Of a stretch of DNA of 64,000 nucleotides, positions 36,187-48,380 are shown piece by piece. Under the pieces are notes generated by a model. That model searched no databases, had not been told where the DNA came from, and worked only from the letters and a program-made list of their open reading frames with translations. The translations under genes and the position numbers were made by a program. Numbering within the stretch: position 1 is the stretch's first letter; every line of letters starts with the position of its first letter. Origin of the DNA: Alloascoidea hylecoeti (Eukaryota); contig BCKZ01000003.1 of assembly GCA_001600815.1 (NCBI GenBank), forward strand, positions 872,581 to 936,580, read 5' to 3'.

Positions 36187-37821
36187 ATGAATTCCCCTTT
36201 TTCTCATCCTTTTACTTTTGTTTCTTGGAATACAAAACATTTTGAACCCCGTTGTCTTGATGAATGGGATATCATAAACATAAGTCAAGTAATTAGAAAA
36301 AAACATAAATGGTGGAGAAAATATCGAGATCCAGAAATTGTAGCTAAATGGAAAAAGGAGCTACAAGAGCTATCTTTCAAAAATGAAGTTATAGACTATG
36401 CTATCGCAGAATTGAAATTTTATCATATTTTAAGACATAATACAGGAGGATATTTTCAAGCTGCTTGTGATGATCATATCTATACTGGAGATCGTATGAT
36501 ATCACAAGAATTAAAAATCAAGTTTAAAACATTGGTTTTTGATTTATTAGAAAATGTTCCTGAAAATAGAAAAGACTGGCATCCTAATTCTAATAATAAG
36601 GTATTGGATATTGTTCACCCTTCATTATATCCCCTTATGTATGGAAAAACTCTAGTACTAAAGGAAGGAATAGTACCATTAGATCTTTCGATGAAAATTT
36701 TGTCATCCTCTAATGATCTAAAACCAATAAAATTTAATAGGGATAATATAAAAAGGCACAAAAAGAAAATTGCAGAGTTTGGTATATCCAAAAGATTTCA
36801 ATGGTTACCAGCATTATTTGATATATCATCAACAGGTGAAGTTAGAATTAAATCATATATCAATAATTTACATCCAATTATCAACAAAGATTTATATGAA
36901 CCAATTGCTAAAATATTTGAGAAATGCATTCCTGGTTTAAATGCAACATTATCTAGAGGAATATCCAAACCTTATATTAGAATCAAAGTACCTCCATATA
37001 TGAACATCTATAATAAGAATGAAGATTCTTTTAAAAATGAATCTGGAGAGTTCGATAATGAGGGATATAGGGAATGGTGGAATAATCGAGTACCTCTACC
37101 ATTAAAAATAAAATTTGAGCATATTCCTTCAATGAAAAAATTTGATGTAAAAGGTCAACAATTAAAAGTTATTACTAAATTAGTTAACATCGAATTAACA
37201 CCTGAGGATCCTTATTATGAAGGTGGTACTTGGCATATTGAAGGTCAAATTAATGAGGATATCGTTGCTACTATCATATACTATTATGATTCTGTAAATA
37301 TAACAGACTCTCGCCTCTCATTTAGAAAAGCATTTAATGAGCCCAACTATGCACAAGGTGATGATGTTGGAATGATGATCATCTATGGATTAAAAGATGA
37401 AGATCAAACTATTAAACAAATTGGTGATATTGAATGTGTTGAGGATCGTGTGATTGTATTTCCTAATCTATATCAGCATCGAGTTGAACCATTCCAACTT
37501 GCAGATAAGACAAAAAATGGGCATCGCAAAATAATTTGTTTCTTTGTTTGTGACCCATACAACAACTCAGTTGTGGCGACGGATAAGGTGCCACCACAAC
37601 AGCAAGAATGGTGGGAACAAAATATTCGGAATACTACAAAACTGAATTCATTTCCACAAGAAATTTTTGATAAAATAGTGAGCTATGTAGATAATCCGTT
37701 TCCATTGAAGAAAGCCAAAAAAATCCGAGAACAACTTATGAAAGAACGATCGATTGTCAATGTTGATGACGACCATGATGATAAACTGTTTGGTGGCACT
37801 TTTAGTTTATGCGAGCATTAA
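36187..37821 (+). CDS. DUF4246 family protein (putative 2OG-Fe(II) oxygenase-like fold)
   Basis: DWHPNS...LDIVHPSLYPL, FQWLP, SYINNLHP, GGTWHIEGQINEDIVAT, FPNLYQHRVEPF...GHRKI and terminal FSLCEH. TATAAATA at 36148 favours the ATG at 36187. Confidence 0.85.
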   Translation: MNSPFSHPFTFVSWNTKHFEPRCLDEWDIINISQVIRKKHKWWRKYRDPEIVAKWKKELQELSFKNEVIDYAIAELKFYHILRHNTGGYFQAACDDHIYTGDRMISQELKIKFKTLVFDLLENVPENRKDWHPNSNNKVLDIVHPSLYPLMYGKTLVLKEGIVPLDLSMKILSSSNDLKPIKFNRDNIKRHKKKIAEFGISKRFQWLPALFDISSTGEVRIKSYINNLHPIINKDLYEPIAKIFEKCIPGLNATLSRGISKPYIRIKVPPYMNIYNKNEDSFKNESGEFDNEGYREWWNNRVPLPLKIKFEHIPSMKKFDVKGQQLKVITKLVNIELTPEDPYYEGGTWHIEGQINEDIVATIIYYYDSVNITDSRLSFRKAFNEPNYAQGDDVGMMIIYGLKDEDQTIKQIGDIECVEDRVIVFPNLYQHRVEPFQLADKTKNGHRKIICFFVCDPYNNSVVATDKVPPQQQEWWEQNIRNTTKLNSFPQEIFDKIVSYVDNPFPLKKAKKIREQLMKERSIVNVDDDHDDKLFGGTFSLCEH

Positions 37822-38449
37822 TATTAGAATCCATTTTTGTTGTATTTTCATACTAGTATATTTAAAGGAAAAATCAATGACGTTCTTGAAAATGCTTCAG
37901 CTTTGTCTTGTGAGAGGGGTGTAAGTAACTATAAGATGTCGCATATCCATAGAACAGGGTATGGTAATATAATGTTATAGCTACATTACTGTGGAAATAA
38001 TTAATGGAATAGGGTAATTATAATGAAGAGAGGGAAATATCCTTCGTTTTTACTTTTATTGTACTACTCCCTCCTACCTACAGTCCTACTTAGTCTTATA
38101 ATTGAATTTAAGTGATCAATTTAATAAGGTGGGTAGTAATGAGACACCACGTCAAGTCTGGGGATCTTTCAAAATCTGCAAACAGTAAGTCTCGATAAGG
38201 CTTTTAGAAATATCAATAATCATCGACTTATATTTTCTTTTGAAATATAAGTTATATTAGATATATGTATATAACTTATACTTGTTTTGATATCTCTAGT
38301 CATATCATTTTGAAATTAGTAGGTGCTTATTTTACCTCTGTACTTTGGAGTGTTTTTCCGTATAGCATTGTCTCACAATTTGTCAGGGATGCTGGGTAAA
38401 TTGAGTTAGACATAAATATTTTTTTACGAGATCACTATTCAAGATTTTA

Positions 38450-38945
38450 AACTGAGAGTAAACTTACAGTAGCAACTATAAATATACTGGTACATCATTT
38501 CAATTTACTACTATTATGAATTAAATACTTCGCATACAAAGCACTTTGAACCCCGATGTTATGATGAATGATGAATCATCGAATTAAGTCAAAAAATTAG
38601 AAAAAGGCCTGAATCGAAATCCAGAAATTGTAGCTAAATGGAAAAAAGAGGCACAAGAATCATTTTAAAGATGAAATTATAGACTATGCTATCGCAGAAT
38701 TGAAATTTTACCATATTTTAAGACATAATACAGGAGGATATTTTCAAGCTGCTTGTGATGATCATATCTATACTAGAGATCGTATGATCATCACAAGAAT
38801 TAAAATATCAAGTTTAAAACATTGGTGTTTGATTTATTTTATTAGAAAATGTTCCTGAAAATAGAAAAGACTGGCAACCACCTTCTATTGACCCTTATGA
38901 AGAACTGGCCTCCTAATTCTAATAATAAGATATTGGATCTTGATC
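38450..38945 (+). pseudogene. Truncated tandem duplicate of the DUF4246 gene 5' region, including its TATA box
   Basis: Long near-identical blocks shared with 36120-36615 (e.g. ATAGACTATGCTATCGCAGAATTGAAATTTTA, CATATTTTAAGACATAATACAGGAGGATATTTTCAAGCTGCTTGTGATGATCATATCTATACT), with TGG>TGA, deletions and frameshifts. Confidence 0.92.
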
Positions 38946-40063
38946 ACTTGTGTATGTATCACGATATATATAGAAATATGTATTAATACATATTAGTGTA
39001 TACAAGTAATATTCTCAAGCATTGCATAAGCTCTCAGATTTAAGAGGTTTTAGCACATTTTAACCACAATTTTTGCTGCCTCAGACGTGAGACCATAGTT
39101 TCATATGCAGTTCGATGCATACTATTACATATTCTTGTATCAATTGTGTTATCTCAATGAAACGGATCCAGATACAATTTGGATTTGTGCTGTAGAGGTG
39201 GCTTTGCTCTTTGGCATAAAAGGAAAAAGGAAAAAGGGTTGGTATGTATAAAAACAGAAAAATCTATGCATATTTTATTTATTTATTTATTTACAGACAC
39301 TTCACTTAAAACCGGCCGTGGCTGATGGTTAAAATAATCAGTTTAGACTAAAATAAGTGGAATTACTGTATTATGATCAATAACACCAGTTCATAGTGCA
39401 CTAACTATGGTCCAACCCGTACAAACTTTTTGATCTCTCTTTTTTGTAAAACCGATTTTGTTTTATCAACATTTATGTTTAAGCATAGTTTATTTCACTA
39501 CCTCAATTTCTCCAATTGTTATTTCCTTAAAGTAGGTTCGTTTAGTTATTCCAAAGGACTTAATTAAATTCATCATATTAATGATGATACAATTATTGTT
39601 AATGTAGGCCTATTTCTATTAACGTTAATAGATTTTTCTGATACTAATAAAGCTATTTCAATCTCTATACTAATCATTATACCTTTAAAATAAGTATCCC
39701 CAAACACCTTTCTGAAACAAATGTAAATAAATCTAGTACTAATGCTCAATACTCGGATCAAATAGTTCGGACTTTATTGAATTTAAAGCTGTGGATAACA
39801 TTACTATATGGTATACCAAACGAGAAAACACCAACAAGATCCTAAATCACTAAAAGAAAACAAGGATTAATATCATGACTAAAGATTGTAATCTTATGGC
39901 GAAGAAAGAATTTAAGGAAGAAAAAGTGAAAATGATGATGACATAAAGTTTAAACTAATTAAAGGTGTATGGTAGTTCTGTTGAACAGATCAAAATCAAA
40001 GAAAAATGAAATTTTTTTCTTTTTGGTACAAAACTTTCAACTTTAAATATATAACCTGAAAAA

Positions 40064-41503
40064 ATGGCACCACGACGTTGGATTAATAAAAAGAAAGCTG
40101 AAACTTATGTGCTTGTACATAGATCACACGAAGATCCTTTATATCATGATCCTGATGCTCCAAAGCATGTTTTGGTAAAGGTTGAAAATAGTAGAAAAAA
40201 GTTTGCGGATGATTTAGCACCTGAAGAATTTCAAAAAGATGAAGATTTTGAAGAAGAAAATGAAACAGAAAATGAAACAGAAACAGATGAAAAACAAGAT
40301 ATTAAAAAAGCTACGTTCAATGAACCCAGAAATGAGAATCAACAGAAACCTTATTCAACTGATATTGAAGTTTCTGAGCATGATAAGAAATTAGGAGAAG
40401 CTGCATTATATGGTATTAATTTCAAAGATGCTTCAGAATATGATTATATGCAACATTTAAAACCAATTGGTGATGATCCAAGTGCTGTGTTTGTACCAAA
40501 GAAAGAATCACAGAATTCAAAGAATAATGGAATTATATTTAAAGATAATAAATTTTCATTAGATAACAAGAAAAATAAAAATATAAAAAAATCAACTCCA
40601 ATTGTTTTACCAAGTGATATTTTACCATCGAAAACAGTTAGAAATGTATCATATATGGAACAACAGAATATTCCTGATTCGATCTCTGGGTTTCAACCTG
40701 ATATGGATCCTGATTTACGCGAAGCTTTAGAAGCTTTAGATGATGATGCATTTGTTACACATGATGGGAATGATGATGATTTCTTTGGCGAGCTCGTAAA
40801 AGATGGTGAATTAGAAGACGAGGATGATTATGAGGATTATGAATATGCAAACTATGAAGATGGTTATAGTGATGATGAATCCACAAACTTCAGTGGCGTT
40901 CCTGAACATATGAAAGAACACGTTGAAGTTAAAGAAGATGAAGAGGAATGGCAGGCTAGGGTTCGATTATTTAGAGAAAGTCAAGAGAGAAGTAAACACA
41001 GAAATGATTATGATTCTGACGATGATTTTTCTGAAGAAGAAAGAGATATGGTCGCAACATTACCATCGATAAATACAAGAACAGGCGGTAAAAGAAAAGC
41101 CAGAAGGCGCAAAATGGGTACCGCAACTGATTTATCAGGTTATTCAATGTCAAGTTCAATATTGACAAGAAGTGAACATTTAGAATTTTTAGATGAAAGG
41201 TTTGATGTTCTGGAAAAAAAATATAATGATGATATAAATAAACCAGAGGAAGATGATAGGAATCAAGAATTGAGTATGGAAAATGAAAGACCTGATTTTG
41301 AATCCATAATGGATGAATTTTTAGCAGAAAATGAAATCGAAGGTAAAAAATTAATTAAAAAATCATTAAAGAATGTTGATTTAAGTGCTAAACCAATAAG
41401 AAAAGGTCAAAGTCAAAATAAAAGCGAAGGACAGAAGTCACGACGAGGGAAAAAGAACATTGTTCCTGATATTACAGCAGGAGTTAACGGTTTAAAAATT
41501 TAA
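40064..41503 (+). CDS. LTV1: 40S ribosome biogenesis factor Ltv1
   Basis: LVHRSHEDPLYHD, GEAALYGINF...YDYMQHL, GFQPDMDPDLREALEALDD, YSMSSS. Confidence 0.93.
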   Translation: MAPRRWINKKKAETYVLVHRSHEDPLYHDPDAPKHVLVKVENSRKKFADDLAPEEFQKDEDFEEENETENETETDEKQDIKKATFNEPRNENQQKPYSTDIEVSEHDKKLGEAALYGINFKDASEYDYMQHLKPIGDDPSAVFVPKKESQNSKNNGIIFKDNKFSLDNKKNKNIKKSTPIVLPSDILPSKTVRNVSYMEQQNIPDSISGFQPDMDPDLREALEALDDDAFVTHDGNDDDFFGELVKDGELEDEDDYEDYEYANYEDGYSDDESTNFSGVPEHMKEHVEVKEDEEEWQARVRLFRESQERSKHRNDYDSDDDFSEEERDMVATLPSINTRTGGKRKARRRKMGTATDLSGYSMSSSILTRSEHLEFLDERFDVLEKKYNDDINKPEEDDRNQELSMENERPDFESIMDEFLAENEIEGKKLIKKSLKNVDLSAKPIRKGQSQNKSEGQKSRRGKKNIVPDITAGVNGLKI

Positions 41504-41767
41504 TTTAAAATATGGAAATAATGTATAAATATATTAGTTTACTAGTGATACCGATTTCATTATCAATTATAAAATTTCGTGAAGAATAAATTAATAAATA
41601 AAATCTATTATCATCTTCAGCTTATCCAGGTTTGATGATAGTATAGGATATTCTTTATATCTTTATAATTTAAAATTATTGAAAGTTTGATCATGAACTC
41701 ATGTTTTATCATTATAATTACACAGCTACTCTACCTGTTATATACCATTATAGAAGATTACAACCAA

Positions 41768-43431
41768 TTATTCCCATTCAACTGTTGCTGGAGGTTTAGA
41801 TGTGATGTCCTGGACAACCCTTGCAACACCTGGAACTTCATTCACAATTCTTCTTGCAACCTTTCTCAAAAATTTGCTGTCGAAATCATACCAATCAGCA
41901 GTCATAAAATCTACCGTTACTACCGCTCTGAGAGCAATGACTTGATCATATGTACGTTGATCACCCATTACGCCTACTGTCTTGACTGGTAGTAAACAGG
42001 CAAAGGCTTGACTGATTTCTTGGTATATACCAGCAAGTTTAATTTCTTCCAAGAAAATATAATCAGCTTTCCTTGCGATTTCAACTTGAGAAGGTGTTAC
42101 CTCACCAAGAACCCTAATGGCAATACCTGGGCCTGGGAAAGGATGTCTCCAAACTAAATCATGAGGGATTCCTAAAATCTCACCCAATGCTCTGACCTCA
42201 TCCTTAAACAATTCACGTAAAGGTTCTATTAATTTCAATTTCATATCTTTTAATAAACCACCGACATTATGGTGGGTCTTAATAGTCTGCGATGGACCTT
42301 TAAAGGATATGCTTTCAATGACATCAGGATATAAGGTTCCTTGGAGAAGGAATTCAATTTCTTGTCCATCTTTGGGCTTGATACCAGCAGCAACTCTTTC
42401 AAAAACTTTGATAAAATTATTACCAATGATTTTTCTTTTCTTCTCTGGATCTGTAACACCTTTTAATAGACCCAAGAATTCATCTGCAGCATCAACCACA
42501 GTTAAGTTGATGCCAAGACCTTCTGTTAAAGTTTTATGAACTTCCTCACGTTCATTGAGTCTCATTACACCGTTATCCACGAAAATAGCGTGGAATCGCT
42601 CACCAATTGCCTCTTTCATTAACTTAGCAGCTACAGTAGAATCGACACCACCAGATACAGCACCAATGACTTCTGCAGTTGGTCCAACAATTGCTCTAAT
42701 TCTATTGATTTCTGTTTCAATAAAATTGGCCATTGTCCATGATTGTTCGGCGTTGCAGATACCTACAGCAAAATTCTTCAAGAGAGTTTTTCCCTCTGCT
42801 GTATGGGTAACTTCGGGGTGAAATTGAATACCGTAAATTTGTTCGGTTTCGTGAGAAATTCCAGCAAATGGTGCGTTGTTGGTAGTAGCTATGACTTTGT
42901 AACCTTTAGGTAAAGAGTTTAACTTATCCCCGTGAGACATCCAAACTTGTGTATTATCGACTCCCTTAAATAAAGGACTACTGGAGTCTTTTACATGCAA
43001 AACAGCATGACCATATTCTCTCTTATCACTTGAAGCAACTCCTTTGCCATTGAGCCATGCAATTTCTTGCATACCATAGCAAATTCCCAGTATTGGAACA
43101 CCCAGGTTAAAAATTTCAGGGTCGGCATGAGGAGCATCATCGGCATATACAGAATATGGAGATCCAGACAAGATGATCCCTTTTGGTTTCCAAGATAATT
43201 CTGAGATTTTTTGAGTGCAAGGTAACATTTCAGCATATATATTGAACTCTCTCAAACGACGAGTGATCAAATGGCTATATTGCGAACCAAAATCAAGAAC
43301 TAATATTGTCTCGAAAACGTTTGTAACCTTGATTAATGACGGTTAATACTCAAACTTCAGATATAAAAGGAGAACTGGAAAAGAAAGCAGACTGTGCTTA
43401 CCTCTACAGCATTGGATTGAGAGTTGGTCAT
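41768..43431 (-). CDS. GUA1: GMP synthase (glutamine-hydrolysing), 2 exons, 529 aa
   Basis: Exon 1 43431-43402 ([10 protein letters not shown]), intron 43328-43401 (GTAAGC...TATTAAC...AAG), exon 2 [17 protein letters not shown]. Motifs [28 protein letters not shown] and KPPATVEWE. Confidence 0.97.
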
Positions 43432-43777
43432 ATTTAAGGTGTTTTTGAGTGTTCCAGAGAATTTGATGAGAAGATCTAGACTAAAAGGAAAAAAAATCTT
43501 TTTTTTGAAAAATTTCTTTTATATACTTCATACACCCATGCACTTTTTTTTAAGTTGCTATACATATGCATATTATAATTTACTTATTCACAAAACATCT
43601 CGATTAAATGATTAAAAAGATATAAAGAGAGCCAATGAATTTGTGATTGAATTAAACACTAAATTGATAATGATGGTATACTATACGTGAGGTTAACTGA
43701 ATATATATGCTTCTTATGCTAGTTTTAATTGATGTTAGTATTGAAATGCCTCGGATTTTTTATTTTATTTTATTTAT

Positions 43778-46700
43778 TTAAGAATAAAATTTGGTTAATA
43801 GCGGGCCAAGAAACTTGGGTTCACTTGAGAGAACATACTCCGTTGATGTATTGAAATACACAGGAAAAGACGGTACAACAATAGTCGAAGTTTTTGACCT
43901 TGTAGATCTTCTTTCAACTTGTTGCAATTGGACTTTAGCGCCATCATCAATTTTTGAAGAATAATAGGATTCATAAGAGGATTCTTTTTTCGAATAAATT
44001 AGGTTTTTCTTGTTATGTTTATCATTTACTTTCGCAATATAACGAATTATTGGTGCAATTTCTTTGATAAAATTACCAGTTGAACAAGTTATTAATATAG
44101 AGTTTGGATAAAGTGGATTGATCGCATTTGAAAGCATCAATAAATATGAATCAGAAGCTTCACGATCAAGCGTTCGTTGTCGAGATAAACATTGAGTCAT
44201 ATTTCTAGATTTGTATAAATCAATACAAAATGACCGAATATCATTCGAATTTAATTGATTGTTGTCAATATCATTAAGTTTTTCCTGTAAATTTAATAAT
44301 GCATCCGTAAATTCATTTATTCCTAAACCATTTTCAATAATTTCAACCTTTGGTTTTAATTTCATATTTAAATATTTCGAAATATTTGTTTCATAAAATA
44401 AGGAAGGAATAGTTAATTGCCTACCTTCATCAATTTGGTTTACACCAATCAATTTATCGAGTTCTTCATCATCATGTTTATAACCAATATGAGGAACCAA
44501 TGAATTTGATTTATTTTCTAAACAATCTATTACTGATTGAAAATCTTCAACGTAACATAATGACTCAAAATCATCAATTGAAAGTCTATCAACAATAGTT
44601 TCAGTGGAATCAACTGATGATTCTCTCACATCTTCTTCTTTTATATCTTTATTCATATCGTGAATCAGATTATTAATATTCGAACCCCACAATTGTAAAT
44701 CTGCTAAAGAGGCTCTAAAATCACCTTCTCTAATCTTGACCAATTTTAAAATATCTTCAAAATTTACTGAAACAATTCCTTCATTTTCAGCAATTTCACA
44801 TAGCCTCTTTGCTTGTTTTTCATATTCTGCTATTTCAAAGTCAACAACAGCATTATTTGAATAAGCTAAGTCAAGTATATTTTTAGGAATTAATGATAAA
44901 TCTTGACATGTTAAAATAATTGGACGTTTTGAAACTTCTAAAAGTTTTTCAATCATTGGCCAAAATTGAGTATCTTCATCATATAAAATATCAACATCTT
45001 CAAATAAAATAATTGCTTTTTGAAACTCATTCCTCTTACTATTATTATCGCTATTATTAATATTGTAAAGTATAGTGTCAGTACTATCTGTATCGATATT
45101 ACTTTCACTTTCGATTTCAGTTTCTGATTCACCACCATAAAACACATCAACATCCACCAATTTCGGATTAACTAAATGATTTGTAGATGCATTGATTAAT
45201 GTATCCAATAGATTCCTTCTTGATCTTTTCTCACCGGAATTAATTTCAAAAACATAACCTTTAAATTCACGACATGATGAATAAACTGAACTTGTTTTAC
45301 CAGAGCTACTTCTACCATTTATAATTAACAATGGTATAAAATTTTCACCATTTTCTTCCTCACAATATTCTGAATCATTCGTATCATCATCGATGAAATC
45401 ATCAAGTGCATAACCATTTTTAGACTTATTATTATTACTAGCATTTGTTGACACGTCTGAATTGTAATCAATAACTCTAGATTTTTTATTATTCTTTGAT
45501 AATTTTTCAAATGATTTTGTTATCCAATTTCTAACAAATATCGATTTCCCACCAAGTGTTATTACTTGGGATGCAGTTTTTGGACTGTATTTTTCGCACC
45601 ACATTAGCTGACTTGGTTCCACATTATGATTTTTATCATAATCATCTTCTCCCTCTTCTTCGTCATCAATATTATCGAGATCTACCCAGTCTAGTAATAC
45701 CTTAACATCAGGTCTTTTGAATTTGTGAATGTTTCTTTTTCTAAAAATCTTAGGATATTGTTTTCTAATTTTTAAATTCTTCTCAAAACCATGAACATGG
45801 TATTCGAATTTATTGGGAAAGGGTGTTTCTAAAATTCTATAAGGGTCATTTTTAGAATTTTTTTTACCAAACAATGAACTTTTTGTAAAATCATATGTTG
45901 ATGCTTTTTTATTATTGACTTTTGGAAGAGCTAAAAAAATATGTTAGTTATAAAAGCGAACTGAATGGGGGAGATGTTTTAACTTCATACATGTTTCAAT
46001 TTTTAAATCGGATGATTTTCCCATTAATAAATCTTTTGCTGATATTAGACTATTGTTATCATTCTTATTGTTATTGATATTTTCATCTATTACATTTCTT
46101 CTTTTGAGACCATTTACTTTAAACTTATAACTCCCATTTTCTACTTGTGTAAGAATATCTGGTGGAATTTTTAATGTAACATTAAATGATTTAGGAACGT
46201 AACTTTGTTCTAAATAAAAAAAAAGGTTAGTTATTAGATCTTTAAAAGTGAAGGATGTCTTAACTTCATACGTGTTTCAATCTTTGAATCAGATTTCCTC
46301 ATCAATAAATCTTTAGCTGATATTAAAGTTTTATTATTGTCGTTGTCATTAATATTGTCATTCGTTATTATATTTCTCCTTTTAAGACCGTTTACTTTGA
46401 ATTTATAGCTTCCATTCTCTAATTGTAATAAAATATCCGTTGGTACTTTTAATACAACATTAAGTGATTTAGAAACGTTACCTGATTTTAATTTTCTCCG
46501 TTTAATTGATATAGACTCATCATCATTAAAATTTGGAATATATGATAAGACATGAGCTGGGACTTTTAAAGTAACTGGAAATGATTTTCGATTTGAATTT
46601 TCCTTTTTATTACTATTATTGTTATTCCGTTTAGGTTTTGATGTATCTATTACAGGTTTCCGATATCCTGATAATATGTCCTTCATACTTATACCAGTTG

Positions 46701-47214
46701 ATTTTACTTTCGCGTTTTTATCATTATTATCATTATCCTCATTATTATCATCACTTAAATCTAAGTCGATGATAACCTTTTGATCATCATCCTTGGACAA
46801 TAAGATGTCCGTTGTCTCAATGATCGGTTCTTTTATTAGATTCTTACGTATACCATATCCTATTAAATCGTTAATTGAAACACTTTTTGGAATATTATCA
46901 TTGTTATTATTATCATCTACGATAGTTTCTGGGTTTTGAGAGTTATTTATTGTCATATTTTTAAATAAAGAGCCAATTAATGTTGATTGATTTTTTTTCG
47001 AGCGCGTCTGATTTCGCGAATGTGCTTCATTAGTTGATGATTTCTTTTTTGATTCTTCATACGTTTTAATAGATTTTTTCGTAATAATTTCTTTTTTACT
47101 AAATTCATTTGAATTATCTTCTTCTGATGATGAAGGAATGTTATTGTTATTTAATTTAGTTGACCATGACTTCCCATTATTATACGGCATGGTGAAATTT
47201 TCAGCTGTCATCAT
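43778..47214 (-). CDS. ELG1: Elg1, large subunit of the alternative RFC PCNA unloader, 3 exons, 1104 aa
   Basis: Exons 47214-46272, 46209-45991 and 45930-43778 splice in frame over two GTATGA...AACTAAC...TAG introns (46210-46271, 45931-45990). AAA+ motifs WCEKYSP, GRSSSGKTSSVY, FEINSGEKRS, ILFEDVDILY.ED..FW and SKRPIILTC. Confidence 0.85.
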
Positions 47215-47588
47215 TTCAATAAAGGGTTAATATTAAGGATCCAGACGAAAAAATTACGTCCGGGAATTATAAAGCCCAAAATTCCAAGAAAAATAATATA
47301 AATATAGTTATAGTTATTTGAATTTGAAAGAGTTTGGTGAAGACATAAATAAATTGTTAATAATGAAGGAGGTACGCGGAGGTGTACGCGAAAATAAAAA
47401 TAAAAAAGGTAACCTCCAAACTACATAAAATTTATTTAATAAAAAAGATATATATATCATGAGCTCAAATTTATTCCCATATATATTTAATATGTATAAT
47501 ACCTAAAACAATGTAAAAAATATACACAAAGCGAGAAAATAAAAACTAAAATGTAAATGTATTTGCAAAATAAAAATAAAAATCAACA

Positions 47589-48380
47589 TTAATAAGATTC
47601 CTTCATTCTCGCGGCAATATTTCTCAAGTTTCCGTACACTTTTCCTGGTCGTGATCCCAAAATTAAAGTAGCCACAGCCCTTCTTGCTAGTCTGGTATTC
47701 TCATAACCTCCTAGAATATGAATTTTACTATCAGCGAGTACAACTCTTGTCCGTGTGGTATTTTCGATAGCAAACTTTGTTCTACCATCTTTACCGGCAA
47801 TTCTACCAATTGCTCGACTTAAATGATCGCCTTCTAACATTTTAACGTCCTTAACTTCAAAAGTCTCGATATATAAATCATCCAATCGTAATAAAGAAAT
47901 GGCATCATCAACATCAAATCCTAAACTAAATGCCTTAACGAAGTCTGCTCCTTTTTGTAAAGCACCTGGGTCTGTTGTCAATTTACATGTTCTTAGTTCA
48001 ACTGTCTTCTTCTTTGTATTCATTCTAACCTGTAAGTTTAAATGTTCAACTAATGGTGGATAAATTTTCATCCAAGCATTTCGTAATGGTGCCATTCGAT
48101 GTGGTGGAATTGGGACTTTTCTAGTTTGTAATTTGATCTTCATTCCTGAATTTGCAACTGATGGAAATCGAGGTTTTCCTGATTCATCTAGTACAACTCC
48201 ATTACTTGTCTCATTTCTTTCATTATCATTTTGTGCTTCATTATTATTCTGTGTTTCATCATTATTATTACTATAGGCAGCATCAATCAGAACATCTTCT
48301 TCTGTATCCATAGCTGTAGCATCATTAATTATCGACGTTTCAACCTCGTTTGAGGCTTTTAAAGCTGTAGGGGCTGCCAT
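47589..48380 (-). CDS. PNO1: Pre-rRNA processing KH-domain protein Pno1/Dim2
   Basis: RKVPIPPHRMAPLRNAWMKIYPPLVEHL, HLSRAIGRIAGKDGRTKFAIEN, PGKVYGNLR. Confidence 0.97.
   Translation of the reverse strand: MAAPTALKASNEVETSIINDATAMDTEEDVLIDAAYSNNNDETQNNNEAQNDNERNETSNGVVLDESGKPRFPSVANSGMKIKLQTRKVPIPPHRMAPLRNAWMKIYPPLVEHLNLQVRMNTKKKTVELRTCKLTTDPGALQKGADFVKAFSLGFDVDDAISLLRLDDLYIETFEVKDVKMLEGDHLSRAIGRIAGKDGRTKFAIENTTRTRVVLADSKIHILGGYENTRLARRAVATLILGSRPGKVYGNLRNIAARMKESY

Noticed and set aside
37904..38146. Possible solo LTR (purine tract GAGAGGGG then TG...; TGTCT...AGACA ends)
   Set aside because: No target-site duplication and no second copy in the window.
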